DNA of 64,000 nucleotides from Eledone cirrhosa (GCA_964016885.1 OZ024740.1:360220001-360284000); one strand, 5' to 3'; positions 1 to 13,825 are shown, counted from the stretch's first letter. Made by a program: numbers and translations. Notes: generated by a model from the letters alone, not told the origin.

Positions 1-2065
1 CTTGTGTCATTGCAAAGTTTTGGAAGATGAAGATTACAAAGTAGCATAACCGATGCTCCAATTTTTAGTATCAGGTTTTGTTCAAGGCTGTTCAAGAATT
101 CAATTGGTCCCGAAAAGTTATTGTATCAACTGATTTGTAGCAACTTTTCTTTCCTGGCAACATGTCCAGCAGACTTCTGTTGATTTCTTTCATAGCAACA
201 TTTTTCAGTGCTCAGATTACTTGTTCACAGAGACATTTGGCATCTGAATGTTTGGAAATCAGTCTTGTTCTATTTCAATGATATGGATGATCTGAATGTT
301 TGGAAATCAGTTCTTGTTCTGTTTCAATGATATGGCCAAATGACAACTGAAGCTGGTTGTTGGAGTCCTTTTCAAGAAATCCATTTCCCAATTTGAATAG
401 TTGGATGGCAAACTCACTGACACCTTCATCACCAGTCAAGTGCACTTCCATATTGGTTGTAAGGCTCAGTCACAGAAAGTGGGGCCAGAGATAGGATGTT
501 TTCAAATAGGCATTAACCTGATCAGCTCAGGTTTCTCAAGGAATTACAGGCAGATTTTAATGAAATCACCAGCAAGAACGATTGTCACTCCTCCCATTAT
601 GCAAGTATTGGATCTCTTATTGTCTGGTCTAAGGGTTCAATTGCTTGGTGGCTTCATCCCAAATTACCATCTTGCATATTTGCAGGAGCTTGCCCTTCGG
701 TGACATCTTGATGTTGCAAAAAGGATATTCATGTTGTGTGAAGTCTATAAGCAGCTTAAACATGGAGTGTGCAGTTCTTCCTCCACCCAGAAGTGTTGCT
801 GCAATGCCATTTGAAACCACAGCAAGGGCAACATGTTGCTTTTGGTGAACTTTTACAAGCAGAAGGTTAATGAGGAACATCTTTCTTATCTGTGCCAGCA
901 GGAGCATTGATGAAGAAAGGTTTAAGATGATGTAGTAGGCATGTTTCTGGCCATCCAATAGAAGTTCATTTTCATCCACAAACTTATGCAAGGCTTGAAT
1001 ATCATAGTTTGTCGCCTGAAAAATTCCTCGTGCTACCTCCATTTCTTCATCTGGCTCTGGCATCCCACAGTTAGCTAATGTGCTATTCATTGCCTAAACT
1101 TGATGTGACAAGGCACAGGGAGTTTGATTGTAAATCCTGAGGCATATTCCATATACATATTATCATGTCTTCGAGCTAGGTGTTGATAGTCGTCCAACAT
1201 ATTGTTTTGTACTTTTGCCAGAGTAGATGAGCTTCGTCAATTCCACATGCTGTGAGCATAATAGCGAACAACAATCTTATTTGACTGGCTACTCAAGTGA
1301 CTGCTGCTTTTTCTAAGGTCTTCTTCCAATGTCCATTGTCATGTTGGAGTCCATGCTGTTTACATGCTTCTTGGTATGTTGCAGATACCCTTCCTCCAAA
1401 GCACCTGAGATCCTCAAATAATGTTGGCCTAGAACAGTATGCAGAAGTAGTCATAGATAAAAGCACTCTATGTTGTTGGGCTGGACATTGTAAACAGAGT
1501 TTTAAGAAAGCAGTTAGAGTAGTGTTGAGTGGTGTTGTGCCAACTGATAAGCAGTGGTCACAGTAAAGCACACTGTCTTTTCTACAGATGGACTACTAGT
1601 TTAACCACTGTCGAGTGGCGATGGTGGATATCACATCTAAAGATCTGCCAGATAGCTTCATTGCTGAATATGTATCGACCTGTCTGATACAGTTTGATCT
1701 CACCCAGCCCACCATCATTGAGTTCCTTGTCAATAACAAAGGTAGCCATGTCAAAACCCTTGTTGATATACTTTATGACATATAGTCTTGCTTTGGCAGA
1801 GTTGCAATACTCAACATTGATATAGGCTTTTAGGAGTTTGCACAGCAATTTGATATGTGGAACTACCCATTGATTGTCTATAGTCAACACCCCTCCTTGA
1901 ACTGTTAGGTTTGTAGTATTACCTCCTTGTTCTAGTATACACCTACAATAAAGGGGATATCCATCATTATCAATCTGAGTTTCCTGAATAAAAGCTCTGG
2001 AATAATGTTTGCTATATTTTTGATATTGTATGCAGGGTGAAGCTGGATTGATGACTCTACATGGA
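1..2065 (-). pseudogene. Decayed Helitron RepHel (Rep C-terminus plus PIF1-family helicase)
   Basis: ORF 1582-1890 has DNQWVVPH...INVEYCNS...YVIKYINKG; ORF 629-1090 has LAVVSNGIAATLLGGGRTAHSMFKL and VIWDEA. Multiple stops and frameshifts. Confidence 0.9.
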
Positions 2066-2560
2066 CCATGGATGAGTTTGATCTTGATGGTTTCAAAGAG
2101 TTCTTCATTGCAATCTTTATGAGACTACTCCCATTTGACTCAATAGGGACATCAGCTATTGAAATTGACAGTCATAGGGTCAAAGAAGCAACCAAAGAGA
2201 TCAAAAATAGTACAATTGCTGGTCCGTCAGAAATAGTTGCAGGGATAGTGAAATCTTCTTGAGAAGTAGTCACCTACATAATCTATCGGATAACACATGA
2301 CAGGGTTATATTTAATGACCGACATAGCAGTATACTCATTAATTGTTACAATGGAAAAGGTGATGCACTAGAAAGGAGCAACTACAGGGGCAGAAAGTGA
2401 CAGAAAAAGCTTTAACCCAGCTAATTAGGGAAAGAGTTAAATAATATGAGATGCAGTTTGGTTTTATGTTAGGGGGGAGCACTGCAGATACCCTATTCTT
2501 TGTGAAACAATTACAAGAAGTTTCTAGCTAAGTTTAAGCAACTATAGCTTTTGACAGAGT
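2066..2560 (+). mobile_element. Decayed RTE LINE fragment (start of RT region)
   Basis: IEIDSHRVKEATKEIKNSTIAGPSEIVA matches IEIDEYRVQEAIREMKNGKAAGPSGIVA of the RTE at 45794. Confidence 0.85.
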
Positions 2561-2816
2561 ACCACAACCTATGGGGTTATGGGAGCCTTGCTGGAAGTAT
2601 GATGGCTGTGACGTCACATGAGTGGAAGGGCATTAATGACAAGGCTTCCTGCTGTGACAGCATTCTCTTCGCAGGACAAAAGAGCTGCTTGCATCCTTTC
2701 CTTCTCAAAGATATAATGAAACACCCAGTTCAGGAATTGAACTCACAGCCTCACAATTGTGAACCCAACACTATACCCATTAAGCCACATACCTTCATAC
2801 ATGTATATACATATAT

Positions 2817-3050
2817 ATGACTCTGTTGCATGGCAGTGAGACCTGGGTGTTGTGTGGAGAGGACCTACAAAGATTGGAAAGAAATGAAGCCTGCATGCTC
2901 CAATGGATGTGCAATAGTAATATATATGAACAGCAAAGCATATATGAACTAAGAGAGAAATTGAGTATAAGAGTGATCAGATGCAGTGTGCAAAAAAAGG
3001 ATAGCTTTGGTATTGCCGTGTGATGCATATGAAGGATGGCAGCTGTCTTA
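2817..3050 (+). mobile_element. RTE LINE C-terminal fragment
   Basis: LHGSETW...RLERNEACML.WMCNSNI, as in the intact RTE ORF. Confidence 0.85.
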
Positions 3051-3711
3051 ATATATTAGAGACAAAAAACTGTTTGATTGATATTGGCTACTCCTTCATT
3101 GTTGAGTAGATTTAGGTGGGTTTTGGGGTGCTATTTCTAGTGTCATTATAAGACCGTTGTATTGTCCTAATATATATAGATATCTGTTCATCTAGTAAGT
3201 TCAATGACACAAGTCATTGGACACCATACAGTTTCAACAACATGGTGTTTATGCTAGCTATTCAATATTTTCTCTACTTCCAAAGAATTTCTCCATGAAG
3301 ACAGAATAATTCTTCCAATATTGGTTGTTTTAATTTTTTAAATAATTAATATTGTTTCTTAATTCCAGAAACTGCAGTTGGTGATATTATATGAGTAAAA
3401 CTGACTTATTTTAGTTTGTCTAGCTTATATCCCCCCCACCCCCCAATTTAGATGTTTATATACATATGTGTGTGTGTGTGTATACTAGCAGAGTATCCCA
3501 TGGTTGCCAGGCTATTTTCACCATAGATAAATACAGACATGATGCAAACGCCCATCTATGGGTGACCATACTCCCCCCCCCCTCTTTCAGACACAAAAAG
3601 CCAGCACCAAGTCACCCTCCATCCCAACCACACAGTAACCCTTCCCTGAGACTTCAGAGCTGCAACCATCAACATAGGGCCATTGAAAGATAAGTCAGGT
3701 GAATTTATGAC

Positions 3712-5897
3712 TATACTGCTGTGCTATTCATTGGGTATGGCCCCGTCCTATATTATTTGATAGACTATATGGGTCACTAATTCAACTCCTATATCCCGAG
3801 ATGCTTTCAGCACACTGGGATTAGTTGGCACTTCTTCACTCAGTGATCATCATCCATGCACATCACATGTCCATATCAATGCAGTCACCTCTCCTGCACA
3901 CCACATCAGATTCCTCTGATACCCAGTTTCTCTCTCAGTTCATCTATGCTTTGCACTCTCACGTTAACATTGCACATCCATGAAAGCATGCTTACCTCTC
4001 TTCCCTCCAGCCTTTACATGTCCTCTGCATTCACTGCCCATGTCTCACTACCATGCATCATCGCACTTCACACACAGGCATCATAAGCCAATCTTTTGTT
4101 CACAGGGAGAAAACTTTTGTTGTTAACAGAGGTAGCAGTTCCCTAAAGTTCTTCCATCCATCCTGTACATATCCTAGTTACTATGCTCTCAGAGTACCCT
4201 CCTCTTCTGCTAATTATATCACCTTAGTAACAGATGCTATCAACCACTTTTAAGAATCCTTCCTGGGATTGGAAAAGTTTTATATTATTTATTTATTTTA
4301 TTATTATTATTATTAGCACTCTTACTCTCAATTAACCCTGAACATCTGCTACATACAAAGTCTTCCTTTCCTGTTAGTCTGCCTGTTATCCCACTACACC
4401 TCTAGTGTACCCAAGATTTGAATTGTGTACATCATATAGAGTTTATGCCTACTCTTTTTATACATATCCTGCAAAGCCACAGTACTCCTACCTGTATCTT
4501 GAATTCCTCGTTAAACTCACTTCCTAGTCTAACTTTATAACAGCTCTTCAGTACATGGCTTGCACTGCTCTTATAAACCACTCTTCTACACCTAGTTTCT
4601 TGAAGGACCACCAGATCACAAATCAGGGTGCTCTGTCAAAGGCTTTCTCTAGATCAACAAAAGCTAGATATAGAGGCTTCTCTTATAGTTGTATTACTAT
4701 CTGTGGTACTTCTCCATGGCATGAAATTGAACTGCATCTCATATAATTTGTCTCTTTCTCCAATTAGTTATGCTAGAACCGTTTCTGTCACTTTCATAAC
4801 TTGATCCATTAGTTTTATTCCTCTGTAGTTGTTCCTTTCTAGGGCATCATCTTTTACCTTGTAGCAATTTATGATTATGCTGCTGTGCCATTCATTGGGT
4901 ATGACCCCGTCCTATATTATTTGATAGACTATGTGGGTGACTAATTCAACTCCTATATCCCGAGATGCTTTCAGCATCTCAACAACTATCTCAGGCAGTA
5001 CCACAGCTTTAGCATTTCCTTGGTTGCTTCTTTGACCCTATAGATGTCAATTTCGATAGGTAGTCCCTCTATTGAGTCAGTTGAGAGTTGTCTCCCTTCC
5101 TCCCATTCATTCTCCACATGCATTAACCTCTTATTAGCATTTCCAGGCATCTTTCTTTTCAGCATCAATGATGCTATGTGCACCAGTGTCATTTCAAACA
5201 CACTTTTCCCTAACAATAAACTGATTCACACAGACACACTGCATTGCAATGCGAAACACCTCACGTTTCTGATCTTCACATTGCACAACATTGGCAAACT
5301 TCCCCCCTGAAGTCTCTGCAGCTATGTTTACCTGTTGCCTAGCCTCTCTTTTAGCTACTTAGTATTGCACCCATTTTTCCAGTCTTCCCACACCTGTCTC
5401 TTGGTTTTAATAGCTCTATCTACCATGCTGTTCCACTACCAGGTCTGCTATCTACAAGTCTCTTCAGTTGTCTGGAGTAGGTGATCATATAGGAACTTCC
5501 AATTGTCCTCTATGTCATATATGTCTAACTCGTCTTCCTTCTCATATGCCACACGTAAAACTTTCCTGAACCTATACCTAAAAGGAAGGTCCTTTAGCCT
5601 CCAAACTCTCCTAGATATTCCTGTTTCCACTTTTGGCTTGTGTATTCGCCTGACTAGGTGATTAGGTGGATGACCAGTTTCCTGAAGTTAGTTTTGCAAA
5701 TGGTTAAATCATTTGCATCACAGAATTCCAAGAGCCTCATTCCTTCTTCATTTCTTGAGCCATAGCCACTGTGTACACCAGTATAGCCATCCTTGTGCAG
5801 TTCAATATGTTCAATGAAGTCACCTGCTTGGATGATAAGGTCTCTGTCATTCGTAACAGAGGTTGTCTGTAAAAATTACTCATAAAAGCAGTCCTGC
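3712..5897 (-). mobile_element. Decayed, internally deleted RTE LINE
   Basis: ORFs 5448-5630 and 4986-5216 and surrounding DNA are collinear with the RTE at 44438-47503. A ~100-bp segment is duplicated (about 3712-3811 and 4873-4976). Confidence 0.85.
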
Positions 5898-6329
5898 TTG
5901 TGGTATACAACTAAAGATAATTGTTGTCATTTTATTGCCTATGACTATTCTCGATTACTTTATCTATCCCCTTCTCAGCTAGTAGAATGTCTACTCTACT
6001 TAACCCATCATTATTACCTTCTCACAATCGTCATGCTGCGAGTTCAATTCCCAGACTGGACAGTGTTGTGTCCATGTGTCAGACACGTTATTGCATGTGT
6101 GGAAAAGGCAGCCTGGTATGCATGGGTGACTGCTGGTCTTCTACAAAAAACCTTGCCCAGATTTTGTACCTCAGCGGGGAACTTTCTAGGTGCAAAGCCC
6201 GTGGTCATTCGTGACTGAAGGTGCAGGCTTCCTTGAGAGGATGTGTGCCTCAGTTTTTGTAGCACTGATTTTCATTCCTGCCATGCAGTGAATATATATA
6301 GAGGATAAGTACCTCAGTCTGCAAAAATG

Positions 6330-7010
6330 GGGGCACTTATCCTCTCAAGGAAAAATTGCACACTATATGTCAATAGATTTCCATTGAAGCAGGTGGAGAA
6401 GTACAAGTATCTCAGAGCCGTGTTCCCGAGTAATGGAAGACAGGAGGCTGGATTAAGTATAAAAATTGCAGGAGCTGGTGCAGTAATGCACCAGATTCAG
6501 CATTCGGTAATCAGAAGAAGGGAGGTAGGTGTAAAAGGCAAACTCACTATCTTCAATTCGGTATTCGTGCCAACCCTTACCTAAGGTCATCAATCTTGGA
6601 CAATGACTGAAAGAATACGATAGCGAATACAAACAGCTGGGGTTCCTCCAAAGCATCCTTAGAGTAGTGTTACTCAATAGGGTGTGTAGCTTGGAGATCA
6701 GAGAGTCGCTCTAGATAGAGCCACTACTTATCCAAATTGAGAGATCATGGTTCCGGTCATATGGGCATGTGGTTAGAATGTCTCAGGAAAGAATTGGATA
6801 GATTTTATGGGCAAAACCAACTGGCAGGAGACACAGGGGTAGTCTCTGAGCAAGATGGTTGGATGACATCCATGAGCTTGGCTGGTCTTGCTTGGGGATC
6901 CAGCCAGATCAGTTGGAAACAGTTGCTGCTGACAACACCTGCTGGAAGGAGTGTTGAAGACTCTACCCCCCATGACTCTCTCTGGAATAAGTGGGTGAAG
7001 AAGAGATATA
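6330..7010 (+). mobile_element. 3' fragment of a different RTE-like LINE family
   Basis: QVEKYKYL...KLTIFNSVFVPTLT post-RT motif; same family in reverse orientation at 12880-13255. Confidence 0.7.
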
Positions 7011-7365
7011 CATCATCATCATCATCACCGTTTTACGTCCGTTCTTCCACGCTAGCATGGGTTAGACGGGTTGTCCTGTTGTGGGCAGTGTCTGGTCGGC
7101 TGACCATGCCTTGCTCATACAGGAACTGATCTGGCTTGATTTCTACAGCTGGATGCCCTTCCTAACACCAACCTCATTTACAGTGAGTGCTGGGTGCTTT
7201 TTCGTGGCGCCTACACGTCCACTTTACAGTGTGGGCTGGGTGCTTTTTTGCCGTGGCACCTCCACGGCCATCTTGCGGTGAGGGGGGGGGGGGCATATTG
7301 TTTATATGCTTCAGCATGTACCCATGGGAGGTCGGGTACCCTGTATTACTGCGTGACGCCAGAAG
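7011..7365 (-). mobile_element. 5'-truncated RTE 3' UTR with (GAT)n tail
   Basis: Near-identical reverse complement of about 37890-38250; adjoins (TA)n. Confidence 0.85.
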
Positions 7366-7470
7366 TCACATACATATATATATACATATATGTATACACA
7401 TATATATTATATATATATATATATATACACATGTATATACATATATTATATATATATAATTATATACATT

Positions 7471-7509
<39 letters not shown>

Positions 7510-8055
7510 AACATGCTGTATTGATTTAGAACAGTTACAACTGAAATTTATCAACCTCACTACATATTTTACAGTTATATACATGTGCGCTGGATAATTT
7601 ATCAGATTTTTACTGTTGTTTATAAAGCCTAATTCAGCCATGATGAAGCAGACCTATAATCAAAAGTGATCCAGCAGGCGACTTTCTGTATGTGATTTTA
7701 TGGCAATTTAGCTGCTATTTGTAGCAAGTTGAGGACCGTAAAGATATTCCTTTGTTGGTCGACATTGTTAACATTTTTAGCTGCATTTCAGCTAATGATC
7801 AAAGGATCAGCTATGACAATAACGTCGTTTCTTCCAGAATAATGTATCCCTGACAACATTATCTTTTTATGTAAAAGAGTTGCCAACTGTTTCAAGCAAG
7901 TTGAGGGACCAAGTAAAGGCTTTCCTAATGACTTGACACAATAGTTTCATCATGAATGTTAATTTTCCTCTTTACATGCACATGCAAGTATTGGCAAGGA
8001 ATGGTGTGTATTCTATGCTATAATAAGAACGGTGTTTGTCTGTCCGTCCTTTACA

Positions 8056-8103
<48 letters not shown>

Positions 8104-9125
8104 TATATATATATATGTATATATATATATATACATAAATATTCCCTTATATTGCGTATGTATCTGGAAAGCAGCAACGTATTTATATATATATATATGA
8201 AGTTAATTTTCTACGTCAATTGCGAATGTATGTGCTATTGCGACTGTTTATAGTGAATTAGTATTATTTTTAGGCACTCACATACATAAGCGCATGCACT
8301 CTGTGTGCTCAACACACATACATGTTTAGCGTGTGATATTATACACGCCAAACAATATACGGAATTTAAAAAATAGGTGATTTACAATGACAACAAAAGG
8401 CACGGTTAAAATGTTGGCAAGTGCTTGAAAATTGAAATATTTATAGAGAGAGGAGATAAACAGATAAGATGGGGAAACTGATTCAATAATTGCTAATCGA
8501 TAGTTCTAGTAATGTAAATGAAGATTAAAGCGGCATCCATGCGGTCATGCGAAATGAAAAGAAATATCCATGATTCGGTCAAACGTCACAGATGGAGGTA
8601 ATGTCAACACAAGCCCAACTCAAGGAAATATCAAGAAAGCTAAACCATCACAAATATTAAACATACGCACACACCTACTTCTTGAAAAATTATAAGATTT
8701 CACAAACAACGAAGGAAGATTATTTGTGCCTAAAAATAGAAACAATTATTATTATTATATATCCTTACGGGGTCGATAAAATAAAGTACAAGTAATGCAC
8801 TGGATTTTGGTGGCCTTGTGCCTAAAGTAGAAACAATTATTATATATATATATATTACATATTACACACACACACTGGTTGACACATCTCACTTGGTATG
8901 TGTACTACATATTAAGGCGGGGATGTCTCTACTCTACGCAGGTTTAGCTACACATAACAGAGAGGCATTGTAGGAATTAGATAATAATAGATATATTGAC
9001 AAAAGCGAATCAAAAAACACCCGTCGTTGCTGAAGCGACAATATTAACAATATGCAGTCATATGTGTTAATGATCGGATGCTAACCCTTGAGATATAAGA
9101 AGAAAAAAAGAGAAATATAACTCAC

Positions 9126-9560
9126 CAGACATCTGCTTTCGTCGGGTGATTTTATTTAGTATGATTGTATATTTTTATCACCGCTATAATAATAAAATAA
9201 TAATAATTATTATTATAAGTATTTCCAGCAGGAGTGTTATTGTTATTTTTACTCCAAGTTTAAGTTAAATTCCACAAAGTTTCGGTATAATGAGAACAGT
9301 TACATTTAAACGTGAATAAATGAAGCAGCATAAAGCAGGCTTCCAACTGTATAACAAAACCGCCTCGTTAATGTTTTGTTTCTCTGGCTTCCTCTTTTTG
9401 TTGTCTCAGTTTCCTGCCTTGAAATTAAAAACTTTTTCAGAACATATTTCCGAGAAAATAACAAATATAGTTACGATTCTGTCTAATCAGAAGTACATTG
9501 GTAGTTTTAAAAAGCACCCACACAATATCCGGGTTTGACGAGAAACATGAAGCGAGCCAG
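9126..9560 (-). other. Possible first exon of a host gene (5' UTR plus ATG TCT G, then intron)
   Basis: Minus strand reads gcagATGTCTG|gtgagt, a consensus donor at 9120-9125, within apparently non-repetitive DNA. The upstream boundary is a guess. Confidence 0.3.
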
Positions 9561-9753
9561 GGTTAGGTAACTCTGACACGCAACTAGGCACACAAACATT
9601 CTGATATAATATATAATACTAGTACATTTTAACTTCAATCAATTCAATCAAGCTTAATTATTTCGACCCCAAACCTTCAAGAAAATAACGTTTTAGGCAA
9701 ACAAACCAGAGAATAAAACATTTATGGTCGAGGCTCCTTGACTTAGGCCAAAA

Positions 9754-10066
9754 ATAAAACCATATTTATTTTATTATATATATTTCAAGTGCAACCAAGG
9801 CAAATTATGGTGCGCTTTCATCAGATAAAATACAGATTTGTTTTATAAATAAATATTGACATACCCGGAAAAAAAAGACAACCTTAACGGTTGGAGCTTC
9901 CTGGATAGTAACTATCCAGGAAGCTCCAACCGTTAAGGTTGTCTTTTTTTTCCGGGTATGTCAATATTTATTTATAAAACAAATCTGTATTTTATCTGAT
10001 GAAAGCGCACCATAATTTGCCTTGGTTGCCCTTGAAATATATATAATAAAATAAATATGGTTTTAT
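9754..10066. repeat. 313-bp near-perfect palindrome (PLE-type inverted terminus) with one HHR per arm
   Basis: Centre at 9910; one mismatch seen between the arms. Confidence 0.9.
9988..10053 (+). ncRNA. Type I hammerhead ribozyme (mirror copy 9767-9832 on -)
   Basis: TATTTTAT-CTGATGA-AAG..CTT-GAAA-T ATAT A-TA-ATAAAATA; 8-bp stem I, AUA triplet. Confidence 0.8.
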
Positions 10067-10121
10067 AAATATAGTTTCCATTTATTAATATATTGTGTAT
10101 TTACTCCACTAACTTGTTGAG

Positions 10122-10282
10122 TGCTTTATATCAGTTATAAAAATGTTTAAGCTTGTTGAATCCCAACAAATTAAATATAACCTCTGCATATATATATATA
10201 TATATTATATATATATGCAGAGGTTATATTTAATTTGTTGGGATTCAACAAGCTTAAACATTTTTATAACTGATATAAAGCA
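10122..10282. repeat. Palindrome centred on (TA)n
   Basis: TGCTTTATATCAG... / ...CTGATATAAAGCA arms. Confidence 0.85.
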
Positions 10283-10438
10283 GGTTTTTTCCCTGTATTA
10301 TTGATAACGCACCATATATCTCTCTCTGGTGTGTTACCTTCTCAACATATTATATTTTAAAGGGCTCAGGATCTCTTCCCCTTTGAGCACATTATTTACA
10401 GGGAATAACGACGGCCTATGCCTCCGTTAATTTATCGT

Positions 10439-10534
<96 letters not shown>

Positions 10535-10537
10535 AAT

Positions 10538-10605
10538 TAAAATACTGGAGCGTGTAAAATACTGTAAGCGTGTAAAATACTGGAGCGTGTAAAATACTGG
10601 AGCGT
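10538..10605. repeat. Short tandem repeat, ~17 bp x4 (TAAAATACTGGAGCGTG)
   Basis: Seen directly. Confidence 0.85.
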
Positions 10606-10774
10606 TATATTTAAACTCTTAATAAGGTTTAATCTGTGCTGTTAAAGATGGATATGTGTATTGATGTATGTGTATATGTGCGTACGTGTGCGTACATATA
10701 TACATATGTGTATTATACCATTTAATTTTTATTGTAATTTTAATATTGTTACAAGTATATTATATTATATTATT

Positions 10775-10957
10775 GGATTGGCAGTATCGGTAGAGGGTCG
10801 GACGCCATGCTTTCCAGCATAGTTACGTCCCTTTACGATCTGAGTTCAAATCCCGCTGAGGTTGACTTTGCCTTTCATCCTTACGGGGTCGATAAAATAA
10901 AGTACCAGTAATGCACTGGGTAATTGCTGGCCTTGTGCCTAAAGTAGAAACAATTAT
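10775..10957 (+). mobile_element. tRNA-derived SINE (Nin/Deu-like central domain)
   Basis: B-box GAGTTCAAATCC followed by GTTGACTTTGCCTTTCATCCTTACGGGGTCGATAAAATAAAGTACC. Partial copies at about 8760, 20762, 40170, 41390 and 43880. Confidence 0.85.
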
Positions 10958-11180
10958 ATAGTATTATATATAATTCCCGCTCTATATAACCACCTTTGTT
11001 TAGCTCTAGGTTTTTTTGCTTTGGACTATATTTGTAATATGGTTCTAAATGTTATACACCTCCTTAGTGATTTTTATTATATATTTTTACCCATAATCTT
11101 GCAATACTTTAGTGTATGTACACTCCATATTCTTCGGAGTTTTCGGCTTGTATTGGCCGATAATACTTCTTGTTTTAATT

Positions 11181-11218
11181 GCCCTGATGAGTCCTTAATA
11201 GGACGAAACATTGTTGGC
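11181..11218 (+). ncRNA. Minimal type I hammerhead ribozyme
   Basis: GCC-CTGATGA-GTCC TTAATA GGAC-GAAA-C ATT G-TT-GGC. Confidence 0.75.
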
Positions 11219-11356
11219 TAATAAAGACTGTTGATGTATTGAAGGCTTCTTTGTTTTACTTTCATAATATATATATATATTTATTAAAATAACAGATTAA
11301 AGTTTAAGCAAAGAATCGCTGCTTTCATCCTTAAAGGATCTTCAAATTTTTATTAT

Positions 11357-11434
<78 letters not shown>

Positions 11435-12064
11435 GTGTATGTATATGCAATTAGAAAGTGAACACAAAATATAACTACTCTATTACCAAATGTTTCTGGA
11501 TCCCAGGCAATATTACCTAACGCGCGCGTGTGTGCGGTTTAGATGAGTTGATAGCATAACCATATAAAAGCAAAGAATAATTCAAAGCTCAAATGAAATT
11601 TTATAATCCACAGCGAGATAGGTAAAAGATTGATTATTATTATTCATTTTATAGAAACAATTATTCATTTTAAATATATATATTAGTGGAGGGGGGCTAT
11701 ATTAGCTTAAAGTTAAGAGCATCAACACGCCGTTTTTTTAATGAAAAATAGTCGTTGGGCATATATTTTTAATTATAATTGGCATCATTTTAGAACCAAC
11801 ACCCCAATCGATTTCAGGGGGGGGGGGGGCACTTTTTCCCTGTTTTTCTTTTTTTTTTTTGTGCTATAAACTAATCTAACCCCCAAGATGCTGGCAATCA
11901 CCTTTTTTCCCGAAGAACCATTTTTTTTCGTATATTATCAACTAATACGACCTCCAAACCAGTCGGAAACGACGAGATTTGAAGAAAGGGGGTAAAAAGA
12001 CTATTTGATTTTCACCGATCTACAAACCTCTCGTGTATGGTGGGGAATAATTATCTTTCTTCGC

Positions 12065-12227
12065 TTTTTTCTTAACCTCTTAGATGCTTGCAATAGACTT
12101 TTTTTCCTGGATTAGGGTTAGGGTGATGGTTAGAGTTATGGTTACGGTTAGTTTTAGGGTTAGGGTTAGGGTTTCAGTTTTTCGGGGAAAAGGTCGATTG
12201 CAAGCATCTAAGAGGTCCAGAAAAAAA
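12065..12227. mobile_element. MITE-like inverted repeat enclosing degenerate TTAGGG repeats
   Basis: ACCTCTTAGATGCTTGCAAT / ATTGCAAGCATCTAAGAGGT arms with a (TTAGGG)-like interior. Confidence 0.6.
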
Positions 12228-12879
12228 TGTAATTACACAAACTAGTCTTAACATTTATTCATATACATATATATGTGTGTGTAAGTATATAATGATGGTA
12301 GTGATTTATTACATTATGGAGAAATTGAGGAATGAAAGGTCGGATCTGAAATAGGACATGAAGTTTACTAATACACGTATACACACTGTTACAGACAGGC
12401 GGACAGTGAAAGAGGAAATGGCTGTGAGTTACTTTTAGTTATCTCCTCTTGTCGGGTTTCCTGCTTATGTGAAAAACTAGGCGAGTAGAGCCTACAAGGG
12501 ATGTCCGCCCTGCTAGAAATAACAACCAAATGCTCCTCTAATCACTACCTCCATCTTTAAAAAGTACATATTGGATAAAGCAGACCTCGGTATCACTATA
12601 TAATGAAAAAAAAATGAAAGACGTTATGGCCACAGACAATATATTTCAACATAAGTCTATTGGATCATAGCTGACAGGAAACCCCAACGCCCCTTGCCCG
12701 TTGCTTGTGATGTGTTTTCTCCCACATTCTCTTTTTTTAAATATATATATAATGCTAACGGACTCCCGGTCTGTGCTGTGCTCGAATCTATTCATAAGGC
12801 ACCTATTGTCATCTGTCGTAATGTCCATTTTCCTTAGAATAAAAGATGTTATAAAGTATTTAAATATTGCATAACATTC

Positions 12880-13255
12880 TTCTTCTTCTTTGCTTACTTA
12901 TTCATGGGAGGGTCGTGGGGGCAGAGTCTTCAAACACTCCTTCCAGCAGGTCCTACCCCTGGGTCTCCCGCTGGGTGGTTTTGCCCGTAAAATCTATCCA
13001 GCGATTCTTCCCTGAGACATTCTGACCACATGCCCATAGTATCAGAGTTGTGATCTCTCAATTCGGAAAAGTAGCAACTCTACCTGGAGTGACTTTCTGA
13101 TCTCCAAGCTGCGCACTTTATCGAGTAACATTACTCCAAAGACCTTTCAGGGGAACCCCATTTCGGCCGCTTGTATTTGCAATCGTATTCTTTCGGTCAT
13201 TACCCAAGATTGATGACCATAGGTAAGGGTTGTCACGAATACCAAATTGAAGATA
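12880..13255 (-). mobile_element. RTE-like LINE 3' fragment
   Basis: Homologous to about 6550-7010; (GAA)n tail. Confidence 0.7.
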
Positions 13256-13259
13256 GCGT

Positions 13260-13820
13260 GTTTGCATAACATAATTTTAAATATATACATAAATTAATAA
13301 AGAAAATAATAAAAAATATATTCAACGAAATTATAAAACATTTACAGAACTTCAGTATATACAATGATTTTGGCGTCGATAGATTGATTGGTCTGGCGGT
13401 AGCGAAATCTGTCCACACCTTGACCCCTGGTTGACATTTAATGGTCATTGTCTGGGTTATCTCCTTTCGGACGTCGACAGAGATAAATAGCCTGCCGTAG
13501 ATCAAGTCGGCAGCAGTTTGAGACGTGCTTTCCACAGACCTTTGGGTCTCAGTAGCTCTTACTTTCTCTCTCTCTCTCTCTCTTTCACTCAATCTCTATC
13601 TCTTGGTCTCTCTCTTAACCAAGCCAGTCAAATTCATGAATTTTCTTGGTAAATACAACTTTAACTATACTTTTACAAACAAACAAATAACGTCCATAAT
13701 TCTTGTGTATTTTTTGTATAGCTTCGCGTGAGCTATTTTCAATGAATTAATAACATAGCAGTTTGGTGTCATCGGGGTTCATTTATATATATTCATTTTC
13801 TGTGTGATCAAGTAACTATC
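13260..13820 (-). mobile_element. Helitron helicase 3' remnant, host of the Gypsy insertion; paralog at about 19040-19530
   Basis: Degenerate MTINKSQG-like motif (MTIKCQPG). Sequence after the Gypsy (17918-18080) continues collinear with 19385-19530. Confidence 0.6.
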
Positions 13821-13825
13821 ATATC

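Noticed and set aside
11308-11346. Minus-strand TTGAAGA..GAAA hammerhead-like motif
   Set aside because: Stem II is out of register and no stem I or III can be drawn.
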